Shown in pieces: positions 37,894 through 46,486 of a DNA stretch of 53,335 nt. Within the stretch, counting starts at the first letter, position 1; every line of letters begins with the position of its first letter. The translations under genes and the position numbers were made by a program. A model generated the notes under the pieces. That model did not search any database. It saw only the letters and a program-made list of their open reading frames with translations, and was not told the origin of the DNA. The DNA comes from Candidatus Sumerlaeota bacterium (GTDB lineage Bacteria > Sumerlaeota > Sumerlaeia > SLMS01 > JAHLLQ01). The stretch spans positions 1-53,335 of the forward strand of contig JAJFLJ010000235.1 of NCBI GenBank assembly GCA_021772755.1. The letters run 5' to 3'.

Positions 37894-37930
37894 TGGTAGT
37901 TGGTGGTTGATAGTTGGTAGTGGGTAGTTG
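37894..37930. repeat. Five imperfect tandem heptamers (consensus TGGTAGT)
   Basis: TGGTAGT TGGTGGT TGATAGT TGGTAGT GGGTAGT TG, in the convergent gap between the response regulator and mnmG. Confidence 0.8.
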
Positions 37931-38009
37931 TTCGCTGATCGCCGTTTCGGTCACGGAGCTGTGGACCGCTGGATACCTGACAGCCTCTCCGACGAAGAAG
38001 CAATGATGC

Positions 38010-39914
38010 TCAACTTCCAACTTTCAGCGAAACGCGGTCTTTCCATCTTCTCAGAGCGACGAGCAGTACGTCGACGTCGGCGGGGTTGACGCCGGCGAGC
38101 CGCGATGCCTGGCCGACGGTCTCGGGTCGGAACCGTTCGAGGGCGCGCCGGGCTTCGGTACGCAGCGACGCGATCGCGTCGTAGTCCATGTCCACGGGAA
38201 CGCGCTCCTCGTCCATCTGGCGGATGCGCTCCACCTGGCGGGCCTGCTTTTCGAAATACCCGGCATAGGTCACTTCGATCTCCACCTGCTCGCGGTACCG
38301 CTGGTGCCAGTACTCGTCGTCGAAGTGGCGTTCGATGGGGCCAAGGATGCGCTCGTAGGTGTCCAGTCCGATTTCAGGGCGCGACATGATCTGGCCGAGC
38401 ATGGACATCTTCGCGGGACGTTCGATCCCGGCTTCCGCCGCAGCGTTCCAGTCCGCGTCGGAATGGCGAAGCGGCGTGCTGGCGAGACGCTCGGCTTCCG
38501 CGCGGGAGGCCTCGCGCAGGGCGGCGACCTGTTCCAGCTCGCGCTCGTCGATCAAGCCGACGCGGCAGGCATGGGACGCCAGACGCAGATCGGCGTTGTC
38601 GCAGCGAAGAAGAAGGCGGAACTCGGCGCGGCTCGTGAAGAGCCGGTAGGGCTCGCGGTGGTTCTTCGAGAGAAGGTCGTCGATCATGACGGCGAGGTAG
38701 GCTTCGCCGCGCCCCAGAAGGAGAGGCTCCTCGTTCTTGCACGCCAGGGCCGCGTTGATCCCCGCCATCAGTCCCTGTCCGGCGGCTTCCTCGTACCCGC
38801 TGGTGCCGTTGATCTGGCCGGCGAGATAGAGGCCCGGAACGTCGCGCACCTCGAGCGTGTGGCGAAGCTGGTGGGGCGGAACGCAGGTGTACTCGACGGC
38901 ATACCCGTGGCGGACGAACTCGCAATTCTCCAGTCCGGGGACAGTGTGGAGAAAGGCTTCCTGCACGTCGGCGGGAAGGCTCGTGGAAACGCCGTTGGGA
39001 TAGATGGTATCTCCGCCGCGCGATTCCGGTTCCAGGAATATCTGGTGGCTGGTGCGGTCCTCGAAGCGGACGATCTTGTCCTCGATGGAGGGGCAGTATC
39101 GCGGTCCGACGCCCTCGATGCGCCCCGTGTACATGGGCGACTTGTCGAGATTGCCGCGGATGATGTCGTGGGTCCGTTCCGTGGTGCGGGTGAGCCAGCA
39201 GCAGACCTGCTCGACGTCGAGACTGCGCGTGCGAATGCTCATGGGCGGGGCGGGATCGTCGCCGGGCTGAACGTCGCACTTCGAAAAGTCGATCGACGAC
39301 TTCCTCAGACGCGCCGGCGTTCCGGTCTTCAGGCGGCTCGTCTCCAGACCCAGGGCGAGAAACGAGTCCGCGAGGCGCTCGGAGGGCTGTTCGCCGACGC
39401 GACCGCCCTTCGTCTGCACCAGCCCGCAGTGCATGACGCCGTTGAGAAACGTGCCCGTCGTGAGGACGAGCGCGCGGCATTCCAGGCGCACGCCGTCCTC
39501 GGTGGTGATGGCGGAGACGCGGCCGCCGGAGGTGTGGATCTCGCCGCCGGTCCCCGGGATGACGACCAGGTTCTCGACGCGGGCGAGCGCCCCGGCCATC
39601 CACGTCGGATAGAGGTCCTTGTCGAGCTGGACGCGCGGGGCGCGAACGGCGGGACCCTTCGAACGGTTGAGAAGGCGAAACTGAATCCCGGCGGCGTCGG
39701 TGGCGCGGGCCTGCAGTCCGCCCATCGCGTCGATTTCGCGAACGAGGTGCCCCTTGCCGAGGCCGCCCATCGCGGGATTGCACGAGAGACGTCCGACGGC
39801 CTGGGGGTCCATCGTGAGCAGCGCGGTCCGGCAACCGAGTTTCGCCGCCGCATGGGCGGCCTCGATGCCGGCGTGGCCGCCGCCCACGACGACGATGTCG
39901 AATCGGTCGGTCAT
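38010..39914 (-). CDS. mnmG: tRNA uridine-5-carboxymethylaminomethyl modification enzyme MnmG (GidA)
   Basis: VVGGGHAG, SCNPAMGG, LNRSKGPAV, GPRYCPSIEDK, AGQINGTSGYEEAA, and EPYRLFTSRAEFRL. Confidence 0.97.
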   Translation of the reverse strand: MTDRFDIVVVGGGHAGIEAAHAAAKLGCRTALLTMDPQAVGRLSCNPAMGGLGKGHLVREIDAMGGLQARATDAAGIQFRLLNRSKGPAVRAPRVQLDKDLYPTWMAGALARVENLVVIPGTGGEIHTSGGRVSAITTEDGVRLECRALVLTTGTFLNGVMHCGLVQTKGGRVGEQPSERLADSFLALGLETSRLKTGTPARLRKSSIDFSKCDVQPGDDPAPPMSIRTRSLDVEQVCCWLTRTTERTHDIIRGNLDKSPMYTGRIEGVGPRYCPSIEDKIVRFEDRTSHQIFLEPESRGGDTIYPNGVSTSLPADVQEAFLHTVPGLENCEFVRHGYAVEYTCVPPHQLRHTLEVRDVPGLYLAGQINGTSGYEEAAGQGLMAGINAALACKNEEPLLLGRGEAYLAVMIDDLLSKNHREPYRLFTSRAEFRLLLRCDNADLRLASHACRVGLIDERELEQVAALREASRAEAERLASTPLRHSDADWNAAAEAGIERPAKMSMLGQIMSRPEIGLDTYERILGPIERHFDDEYWHQRYREQVEIEVTYAGYFEKQARQVERIRQMDEERVPVDMDYDAIASLRTEARRALERFRPETVGQASRLAGVNPADVDVLLVALRRWKDRVSLKVGS

Positions 39915-39953
39915 TGTCGTGAAGTCACACCGCGGGCTTTCTCCGACAAGGAC

Positions 39954-39984
39954 AAAAGAAGGGCGGCTTCGCCGGCCGCCCTTC
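39954..39984 (-). terminator. Intrinsic terminator after the PPIase gene
   Basis: Minus strand reads GAAGGGCGGC-CGGCGAA-GCCGCCCTTC-TTTT: a 10-bp perfect stem plus a T tract. Confidence 0.75.
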
Positions 39985-40006
39985 GGATTCCCGCCGTGGC
40001 TCTGGG

Positions 40007-41989
40007 TCAGGGTTCCAGCGGCGGAACGTGGACGACGAGTTTCGCCTCCTCGACGATTTCCTCGCGAAGACGAAGGGCGTAGTCCCTCCGGAGATCGCGA
40101 AGAACGGCTTCTTCGAGCTGCTCGCGGGCGTCTTCCATCGACTGCTGCTGCGCCTCGCTGACGCCATTGAGCCAGATCGCCATGACGCCCTTGCCGTCCG
40201 GCGTGTCGAAGGGGCCGAAGAAACTCTGGGCGCCGCCCTCGCGAATCGCGCGTCCCACGATCCCGTTCAGGTGGTTGGCATCCACCTCGCCCACCCTTCC
40301 GCCGACCTCGGCGAGTTCGTCCTCGCTGATCTGCTTCGCCAGGGTGGCGAAGCCCGCGCTGTCGGAGACTCTCTGCAGCTCGGCCCGCAGCGTGTGGGAA
40401 GCCTGCGCCATCGCCTCCTGGAAATCGACGGCGGACGCGTCCGCGCCGATTTCGGGATAGATCGTGATGCGGCTGATGTCGGCGGCGGGAAGCGTCTTGA
40501 GCATGTCGCGAAGCTCTTCGTACTTGGCGGCGACCGATTCCTCGGGGATTTCGAGCTCGGCGTTCTGGACGGTGTCGTCCAGCCACTGGTTGGCGTAGTA
40601 GATGTCCCCGACGCACTTCGCCGCCTGCTTGTAGAGGTCCGTGTCCGCGATGTTGCGGCGGGCGCGGTCCCATTCGCCGAGGGCGCGCTGGAGCACCGAC
40701 GTCTCGGCGAGAAGGGCGCGGCGTTCGTCGGCGGGCGTCTCGGGCGTTACGCGGTCGCCGAAGTCGCGGGCGAAGTTCGCGCCGGTGTACTTCACGTCGC
40801 CGAGCTGAAAGATCACCTCGTCGGCCATGGAAGGGTCTTCCGCCGCGGCGAGCGCTTCGGCGTCGATGGCGATTCCGGTGTACTCCGCCAGCGCTTCGCG
40901 CATCAGCGCGTCGTAGCGTTCGCGCCGTCCGTCGCTGATGAGCGTGTTGCGAATCCGCGCCTCGACGCGTTCGACGGGCGTGATGGTTTCCGGTGTGTAC
41001 CTCTCGCGCTTGACGATCTGCCACCCGTGCCTGGTGCGGAACGGCTCGGACCACGCGCCGTTCTCCAGCGCGAGGAACGCCGCCCGCAATTCGTCGTTGA
41101 TGGGCTTGTCGTCCTTGGCGGGGCGGATGGAAATCAGGCGGCCGGGCGTTTCGTTCTCGCTGACGTCCCTGGCCACGGCTTCGAAGTTCTCGCCGTCCTC
41201 CAGCCGCTGCCACGCCTCGCGGGCGCGCTCTTCGACGGCGGCGTTCGCGTCGGGGCCCATGGGAACGAGAAGTGTCTCGCCGGCGGCGAGGGCCTGCGGG
41301 GCGATTTCGTCGCCCTCTGCGTTGATGGTTCCCTCGATGCGCGGCTTTTTCGACTCGGCATCCAGGATGCGCTCGGCGGCGTCGGCGTCTCCGGTTATCT
41401 TTTCGGCGATCGACTCCAGGGAATCGCCCTCTTCGACGATGTAGGTCTCGTAGGTGCCCAGGTAGATATGCCGAAGCGAGAGGTGCTCGTGCGTGGTGAA
41501 CTGATCGGCCAGATGCTCCTGGTGATAGGCCGCGATCGCCTCATCCGGGATGGAGCGGTCGTCGAGCACACCGGCCTCGATGAGCCAGACCCGGTTGGCG
41601 ATGCTTTCCAGATCGCGCTGAAGCTGGGCTTCGCGCTCGGGGCTCAGGCTCACGCCCTCCTCATGGGCGCGGGCGGCGGCGGCCATCGTCGTGACGACCT
41701 CGCGAACGCCCTCGCGAACGGCCTCTTCGGGCCACATATCGAGATCGAGGGATATGGCAACGCGGTCGCGGAGGGGTGCGGGCGGGATGAGGCGGGCGTA
41801 GTCTTCGAACTCGTCGACGGTCCAGGTGCGGTCCGCCGTCTCGAAGAGGATGGACTCGGGCGGGAAGGAGATCGCCGCGGTCTCGGCGGCATCCTGAGCG
41901 GGTGCCGACCCGGGGAGCGAAGCGCCAATGAGCAGGGCGCAGCCCGCGTGGAGGGCGGTCGTGCGGGCTTTGTCGAACAAATTCATCAT
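40007..41989 (-). CDS. Secreted SurA/PrsA-like chaperone with parvulin (PpiC) domains and an inserted LysM-like domain
   Basis: Signal peptide; LRHIYL...GENFEAVARDVSE...WSEPFRTRHGWQIVK; second parvulin-like segment FATLAKQISED...GGRVG; LysM-like TYIVEEGDSLESIAEK...LAAGETLLVP. Confidence 0.82.
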   Translation of the reverse strand: MMNLFDKARTTALHAGCALLIGASLPGSAPAQDAAETAAISFPPESILFETADRTWTVDEFEDYARLIPPAPLRDRVAISLDLDMWPEEAVREGVREVVTTMAAAARAHEEGVSLSPEREAQLQRDLESIANRVWLIEAGVLDDRSIPDEAIAAYHQEHLADQFTTHEHLSLRHIYLGTYETYIVEEGDSLESIAEKITGDADAAERILDAESKKPRIEGTINAEGDEIAPQALAAGETLLVPMGPDANAAVEERAREAWQRLEDGENFEAVARDVSENETPGRLISIRPAKDDKPINDELRAAFLALENGAWSEPFRTRHGWQIVKRERYTPETITPVERVEARIRNTLISDGRRERYDALMREALAEYTGIAIDAEALAAAEDPSMADEVIFQLGDVKYTGANFARDFGDRVTPETPADERRALLAETSVLQRALGEWDRARRNIADTDLYKQAAKCVGDIYYANQWLDDTVQNAELEIPEESVAAKYEELRDMLKTLPAADISRITIYPEIGADASAVDFQEAMAQASHTLRAELQRVSDSAGFATLAKQISEDELAEVGGRVGEVDANHLNGIVGRAIREGGAQSFFGPFDTPDGKGVMAIWLNGVSEAQQQSMEDAREQLEEAVLRDLRRDYALRLREEIVEEAKLVVHVPPLEP

Positions 41990-42325
41990 GCAAGTGACTC
42001 CGGAGTGAGTTGAACGGTTCTTGTGTGAAGCAGAGCACAGACCTGGTCGGGCGGTGTGGTGCCGGACGCAAACCATTGAAAAACGGGCGGTTGCGTCAAC
42101 CGGAACCACAACGCCGGTCTGCATGGAGCGCCAAGACGCGAGGCCATGCGTGACAAAACGTCCGACCGGGCCAGAGACAACCGAAGTTTTCCACAGGCGG
42201 GGCGTCCGGGACAAACCCATTGACCGCCCAGGCCCCCGGCAAGAGCAATGGATGGCTCTCAAGGCCCTCTCTGTCCGAGCTTTCGCCACTGGCGGGAGGC
42301 ATCGGAATCTCGAAGGACACATTCC

Positions 42326-42844
42326 ATGGCAGCCAAGACGACCGGCACCCCGGAAACAGCCCGGCAATTCACCCCCGAAGAAGTCAAGGACCTCGTCCGT
42401 CTCGTCAGCGATACCGGCATCGAAGAGGTCGAAATCGAGAACGGCGACTTTCGCCTGCGCATCGTCGGCAAATCGGCGCCCCAGTCCGTCATCACCACCT
42501 CTGCGGTGGCCCCGGGGGTGCCCTCCTCTTCGGAGGTGCCTGTTCCGGCGGCAGCGTCCGCAGGGACGCCCGCACCCGTGCCGGCGGAGAGTCAGGACGA
42601 CAAGTACGAACACGTGAAGTCGCCCATGGTGGGAACGTTCTATCGTTCGCCGGCGCCCGACTCGCCGCAGTTCGTCCAGGTGGGCGACCGCGTGGACGAG
42701 AACACGGTGATGTGCATCGTGGAAGCGATGAAATTGATGAACGAGATCAAGGCGGAGATGGCGGGAACGGTTCGCAGGATTCTCGTCGAAAACGGTCAAC
42801 CGGTCGAATACGGCCAGCCACTCTTTGCCATCGAGCCCGCGTAG
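42326..42844 (+). CDS. accB: Acetyl-CoA carboxylase biotin carboxyl carrier protein
   Basis: KSPMVGTFY, biotinylation motif EAMKLMNEI, and VEYGQPLF. Confidence 0.96.
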   Translation: MAAKTTGTPETARQFTPEEVKDLVRLVSDTGIEEVEIENGDFRLRIVGKSAPQSVITTSAVAPGVPSSSEVPVPAAASAGTPAPVPAESQDDKYEHVKSPMVGTFYRSPAPDSPQFVQVGDRVDENTVMCIVEAMKLMNEIKAEMAGTVRRILVENGQPVEYGQPLFAIEPA

Positions 42845-42850
42845 GCCCGC

Positions 42851-44242
42851 ATGTTCAGAAAAGTCCTGATCGCAAACCGCGGAGAGATCGCCGTCCGGAT
42901 TATCCGGGCGTGTCGGGAGCTTGGCGTCCGCACGGTCGCGGTCTACAGCGAGGCGGACCGCGACAGCCTGCACGTCCATTCCGCCGACGAGGCGCTCTGC
43001 ATCGGCCCCGCGCCGAGTTCCGAGAGCTACCTCAACGTGGCGCGCATCATCAGCGCCGCGGAAGTCACGGACGCCGACGCGATCCATCCCGGCTACGGCT
43101 TTCTGGCGGAGAACGCGGACTTCGCGGAGACCTGCGCGGAGTGCAACGTCACGTTCATCGGCCCCAGCCCCGACGCCATCCGGCGCATGGGGGACAAGGG
43201 CTCCGCGCGTGCGGCGGCTCTCGCGGCGGGATGCCCGACGGTTCCCGGCAGCGACGGGGTCGTGGAGGACCAGGACGAGGCTCTCGCCATCGCGAAGACC
43301 ATCGGCTTTCCCGTCATGATCAAGGCGACGGCCGGCGGCGGCGGGCGCGGAATGCGCATGGCCCGCGACGTCGAAGCCTTCGCCAACGCGTTCAAGACCG
43401 CGCGGGCCGAGGCGCGCACGGCGTTCGGCAACCCGGACGTCTACATCGAGAAGTGCATCGTCTCGCCCAAGCACGTCGAGGTGCAGATTCTCGGCGACAG
43501 CCACGGCAACATCGTCCACCTGGGCGAGCGCGACTGCTCGATCCAGCGGCGCCACCAGAAGCTGGTGGAGGAGGCGCCGTGCCCCGTCGTCGGCGAGAAG
43601 ATGCGCAAGGCGATGGGCGAGGCGGCGATCGCCGCGGCGCGCGAGGTGGACTACTGCGGCGCGGGGACGATCGAGTTCCTGCTCGACGCGGACGGGAAGA
43701 ACTTCTACTTCATCGAGATGAACACGCGGATCCAGGTCGAGCACCCGATCACGGAACTGGTCACGGACATCGACATCGTGAAGGAGCAGATTTCCGTCGC
43801 GGCCGGCAACCCCCTCTCCTTCGCGCAGTCCGACGTGGCGGTGCGCGGCCATGCCATCGAGTGCCGCATCAACGCCGAGGACCCGGCGCGCAATTTCATG
43901 CCCTGTCCGGGGCGGCTGACGGATTTCGTGGCGCCCGGAGGACCCGGAGTGCGGGTGGACAGCGCCTGCTATCCCGGATACCAGATTCCGCCCTACTACG
44001 ACTCGATGGTCGCGAAGCTGATCGTCTACGACAAGACGCGGGACGCCGCCATCATGCGGATGAAGCGGGCATTGCACGAGTTCGTCGCCGTGGGCATCAA
44101 GACGACGGTGCCGTTTCACCTGGAAGTGATGAATTCCGAGTTGTTCCGGCGGGGCCGGTTTGGTACGGATTTCATCGAGGTCTGGAAACGGGACGATACC
44201 CCCGGTCCGGACGAAGTTCCCCCGACAGGAGGAAAGAAGTGA
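42851..44242 (+). CDS. accC: Biotin carboxylase
   Basis: [48 protein letters not shown], and YYDSMVAK. Confidence 0.97.
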   Translation: MFRKVLIANRGEIAVRIIRACRELGVRTVAVYSEADRDSLHVHSADEALCIGPAPSSESYLNVARIISAAEVTDADAIHPGYGFLAENADFAETCAECNVTFIGPSPDAIRRMGDKGSARAAALAAGCPTVPGSDGVVEDQDEALAIAKTIGFPVMIKATAGGGGRGMRMARDVEAFANAFKTARAEARTAFGNPDVYIEKCIVSPKHVEVQILGDSHGNIVHLGERDCSIQRRHQKLVEEAPCPVVGEKMRKAMGEAAIAAAREVDYCGAGTIEFLLDADGKNFYFIEMNTRIQVEHPITELVTDIDIVKEQISVAAGNPLSFAQSDVAVRGHAIECRINAEDPARNFMPCPGRLTDFVAPGGPGVRVDSACYPGYQIPPYYDSMVAKLIVYDKTRDAAIMRMKRALHEFVAVGIKTTVPFHLEVMNSELFRRGRFGTDFIEVWKRDDTPGPDEVPPTGGKK

Positions 44243-44748
44243 TGGCGAACGCACAGCGCGAACGAGAGACGGGCCGCGAACCGGGGGGCGAAACGCGCTA
44301 TCTGCCCGGCGGGTCAGGCCAGATCCAGATCGGCGACGACGTGATTTCCCGCATCGTGGCCTATGCCATCGAGGAGATCGACGGCGTGACCCGCGACACG
44401 AAGACGAGCATCGCCGAGCGCATCGAGAAGATCGGCATCGCCGATTTCATCGGACGCCGCGAGGCGAAGCACGAGGAGGGGCCGCGCCGCGACCGCGAGT
44501 ACGAGAAGGGCATCCTCGTGGAGCGCGACCCCGAGGCCAACAGCGTCGGCGTGACCCTGTCGGTCCGCATGGACTATGGGCGGGACATGTACGATCTGGC
44601 CGTTCAGGTCCGCGACCACGTCAAGACCACCGTCGAGAAGATGACCCACGTCATCGTCGGCCGCGTGGACGTGCGAATCGTGGGTATCAACGCGCGCGAC
44701 AAGAAGGAGTCGGAGAAGGCCGCCGAGGCGGAAGACGAAGAGAAGTAA
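44242..44748 (+). CDS. Asp23/Gls24 family envelope stress protein
   Basis: GQIQIGDDVISRIV...EIDGV...KGILVE...YG...VEKMT...VDVRIVGI. TGATG coupling with accC. Confidence 0.87.
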   Translation: MANAQRERETGREPGGETRYLPGGSGQIQIGDDVISRIVAYAIEEIDGVTRDTKTSIAERIEKIGIADFIGRREAKHEEGPRRDREYEKGILVERDPEANSVGVTLSVRMDYGRDMYDLAVQVRDHVKTTVEKMTHVIVGRVDVRIVGINARDKKESEKAAEAEDEEK

Positions 44749-44778
44749 CCCCCACTTTCGCGCCGAGGACCGGTCCGC

Positions 44779-45411
44779 TTGAAGGAATTCGCCTACAAAG
44801 TCCTGTTGATTCTCTCGCTGCTCACGCTGCTGGCGGGAGGTTTCGACTTCCTGTTCTCCGCCACCGAGTTCACGCACTACTTCGTGGGCGCGTGGCCCGG
44901 GCTCCAGGGGGCCGAGCCCCTCTGGCTGCGCTACGGAATCGCCGGCGCCGGGATTCTCCTTCCGATCCTGACGGCCGTGACGGGGCTGCTTTGCGTCCGC
45001 GACAATTCCATCGGCACGCGCACTGCCAACGGCGTGATCCGGCTGTCGCCGAAGGCCATCGAGAAACTCGTCAAGCGCGAGGTTCGCCAGAACGTCGAAG
45101 AGGTTCTCGACGTGAGCGCGACCGCCCGCCAGGGCAAGCGCAACGCCCCCGCCGTGCAGGTGCACGTGGCGCTGACGGACACGGCTCCGGTCCCGCAGGT
45201 GGAAGCGCGCGTGAAGCGCGAGACCGAGCGCGTGCTGAAGCACCTTCTTGGCGTCGCGGACACGAATCAGATCCGCGTGGTCGTCCACGACGTCTCGGCC
45301 GTTCCGGCCCGCAAGCGCCGCCAGAAGGAGCGCGTCCCGAAGAAGCCCGCGAATCCCGCCGACCGCTCCGCGATCGTTCCGAAGAAGCCGGCGACCGGCA
45401 GACCGGAATGA
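44779..45411 (+). CDS. amaP: AmaP-like alkaline shock response membrane anchor protein
   Basis: Two N-terminal TM helices, then TANGVIRLSPKAIEKLV and an Asp23-like domain; follows the asp23-family gene. Confidence 0.75.
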   Translation: MKEFAYKVLLILSLLTLLAGGFDFLFSATEFTHYFVGAWPGLQGAEPLWLRYGIAGAGILLPILTAVTGLLCVRDNSIGTRTANGVIRLSPKAIEKLVKREVRQNVEEVLDVSATARQGKRNAPAVQVHVALTDTAPVPQVEARVKRETERVLKHLLGVADTNQIRVVVHDVSAVPARKRRQKERVPKKPANPADRSAIVPKKPATGRPE

Positions 45412-45905
45412 CCGAAGAGAGAATTCTCGGCAGTTTCGACGCCGCTGCGGCATGGTCCGCGGCCCGGCGCGAAGAGGGACGCAGGGTGGTCTTCACCAAC
45501 GGCGTCTTCGACCTCCTGCATAACGGGCACTTGGATTCGCTTCGCCGGGCGAAGGCGGAGGGCGACACGATGATCGTGGCGCTCAACGACGACGAGTCGG
45601 TTCGGCGGCTGAAGGGCTCGGGCCGTCCGATCCTCCCTCTGGATCAGCGGTTGAGGCTCATCGCGGCGCTTCACTGCGTGGATGCGGTCGTGGCGTTTTC
45701 CGAAGACACTCCGGCGCGCATCATCGAGGCGGTCGCTCCCGACGTGCTGGTCAAGGGCGGGCACTACGAAATCCACGAAATCGTGGGGCACGAGTTTGTG
45801 CTTGCTCGGGGGGGACGCGTCTTGTCCCTTCCCCTCCTGCCGGAGAGGTCGACCTCCGGCCTCATCGAGAAGATTCAGCAGCGGTTCGTCACCGGGTCTT
45901 CCTAA
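45408..45905 (+). CDS. rfaE2: D-glycero-beta-D-manno-heptose 1-phosphate adenylyltransferase (RfaE/HldE domain II)
   Basis: VFTNGVFDLLHNGH, ALNDDESVRRLKG.GRPI, FSEDTP, PDVLVKGG, and STSGLI. Confidence 0.9.
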   Translation: MTEERILGSFDAAAAWSAARREEGRRVVFTNGVFDLLHNGHLDSLRRAKAEGDTMIVALNDDESVRRLKGSGRPILPLDQRLRLIAALHCVDAVVAFSEDTPARIIEAVAPDVLVKGGHYEIHEIVGHEFVLARGGRVLSLPLLPERSTSGLIEKIQQRFVTGSS

Positions 45906-45932
45906 TCTCAGTATTTTCAAGGGTTTGCGAGA

Positions 45933-46166
45933 ATGGCTTTGTCTCCCGAAAACATCGAGTTCCCCGACATTCAGAACGGCGTGCAGGTCCATCACCCGAC
46001 TTTCGGAGTCGGCAAGGTGATCGTGCGCACGGGCAGCGACGAGAACAGCAAGGTGCTGGTGAAGTTCAAGGAAGAGGGCGAGAAGAAGCTGGCGCTCAAG
46101 CACGCGGAGCTCTTCGTCGAGAAGGTCGAGGAAGAGCCAGCGGAAGAGGAAGGCGGCGCGGGCTGA
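45933..46166 (+). CDS. Stand-alone PcrA/UvrD C-terminal Tudor-like domain protein
   Basis: VHHPTFGVGKV...KVLVKFKEEGEKKLALKHAEL matches the pattern V-x-H-P-x-F-G-x-G-x-V...V-x-F...G-x-K-x-L. Its TGA overlaps the gatC ATG. Confidence 0.75.
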   Translation: MALSPENIEFPDIQNGVQVHHPTFGVGKVIVRTGSDENSKVLVKFKEEGEKKLALKHAELFVEKVEEEPAEEEGGAG

Positions 46167-46477
46167 TGTCCCTGCCGAAGGTCGATCACGTCGGGGAAAT
46201 CGGCGAGGAGCGCGTGCGTCACGTGGCGCTGCTCTCGCGGCTCGAACTGACCGACGACGAAGTCGGCCGCTTCGCGCGGGAACTCACGGCGGTGATCCAC
46301 CACATCAACAAGCTCGAAGAGCTGGACCTGACCGGTGTCGAACCGACGAGTCATCCGATGCCGCTGACGAACGTGTTTCGCCAGGACGTCGTCGTTCCGT
46401 CGCTTCCCAACGAGGCGGCCCTCTCGAACGCCCCCGAACAGCGGGACGGCTGCTTCAAAGTCCCGCAGATCATCTAG
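46166..46477 (+). CDS. gatC: Asp/Glu-tRNA amidotransferase subunit C
   Basis: VRHVALLSRLEL, LDLTGVEPTSH, NVFRQD, and NAPEQRDGCFKVPQII. Confidence 0.93.
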   Translation: MSLPKVDHVGEIGEERVRHVALLSRLELTDDEVGRFARELTAVIHHINKLEELDLTGVEPTSHPMPLTNVFRQDVVVPSLPNEAALSNAPEQRDGCFKVPQII

Positions 46478-46486
46478 CCGCTCCCC

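Noticed and set aside
37894-37930. Repeat considered as a CRISPR remnant
   Set aside because: The units are 7 bp with no spacers, and there are no cas genes in the window.
38010-41213. 1067-aa ORF suggesting an N-terminally extended MnmG
   Set aside because: The extension is an Arg-rich alternate frame of the PPIase gene and crosses a terminator. MnmG starts at 39914.
42220-42250. Sigma70 promoter for accB (TTGACC...AGCAAT)
   Set aside because: The -10 match is too weak to call without data.
40007-44254. 1415-aa minus-strand ORF
   Set aside because: The N-terminal half is antisense to accBC. The real gene starts at the signal peptide near 41989.
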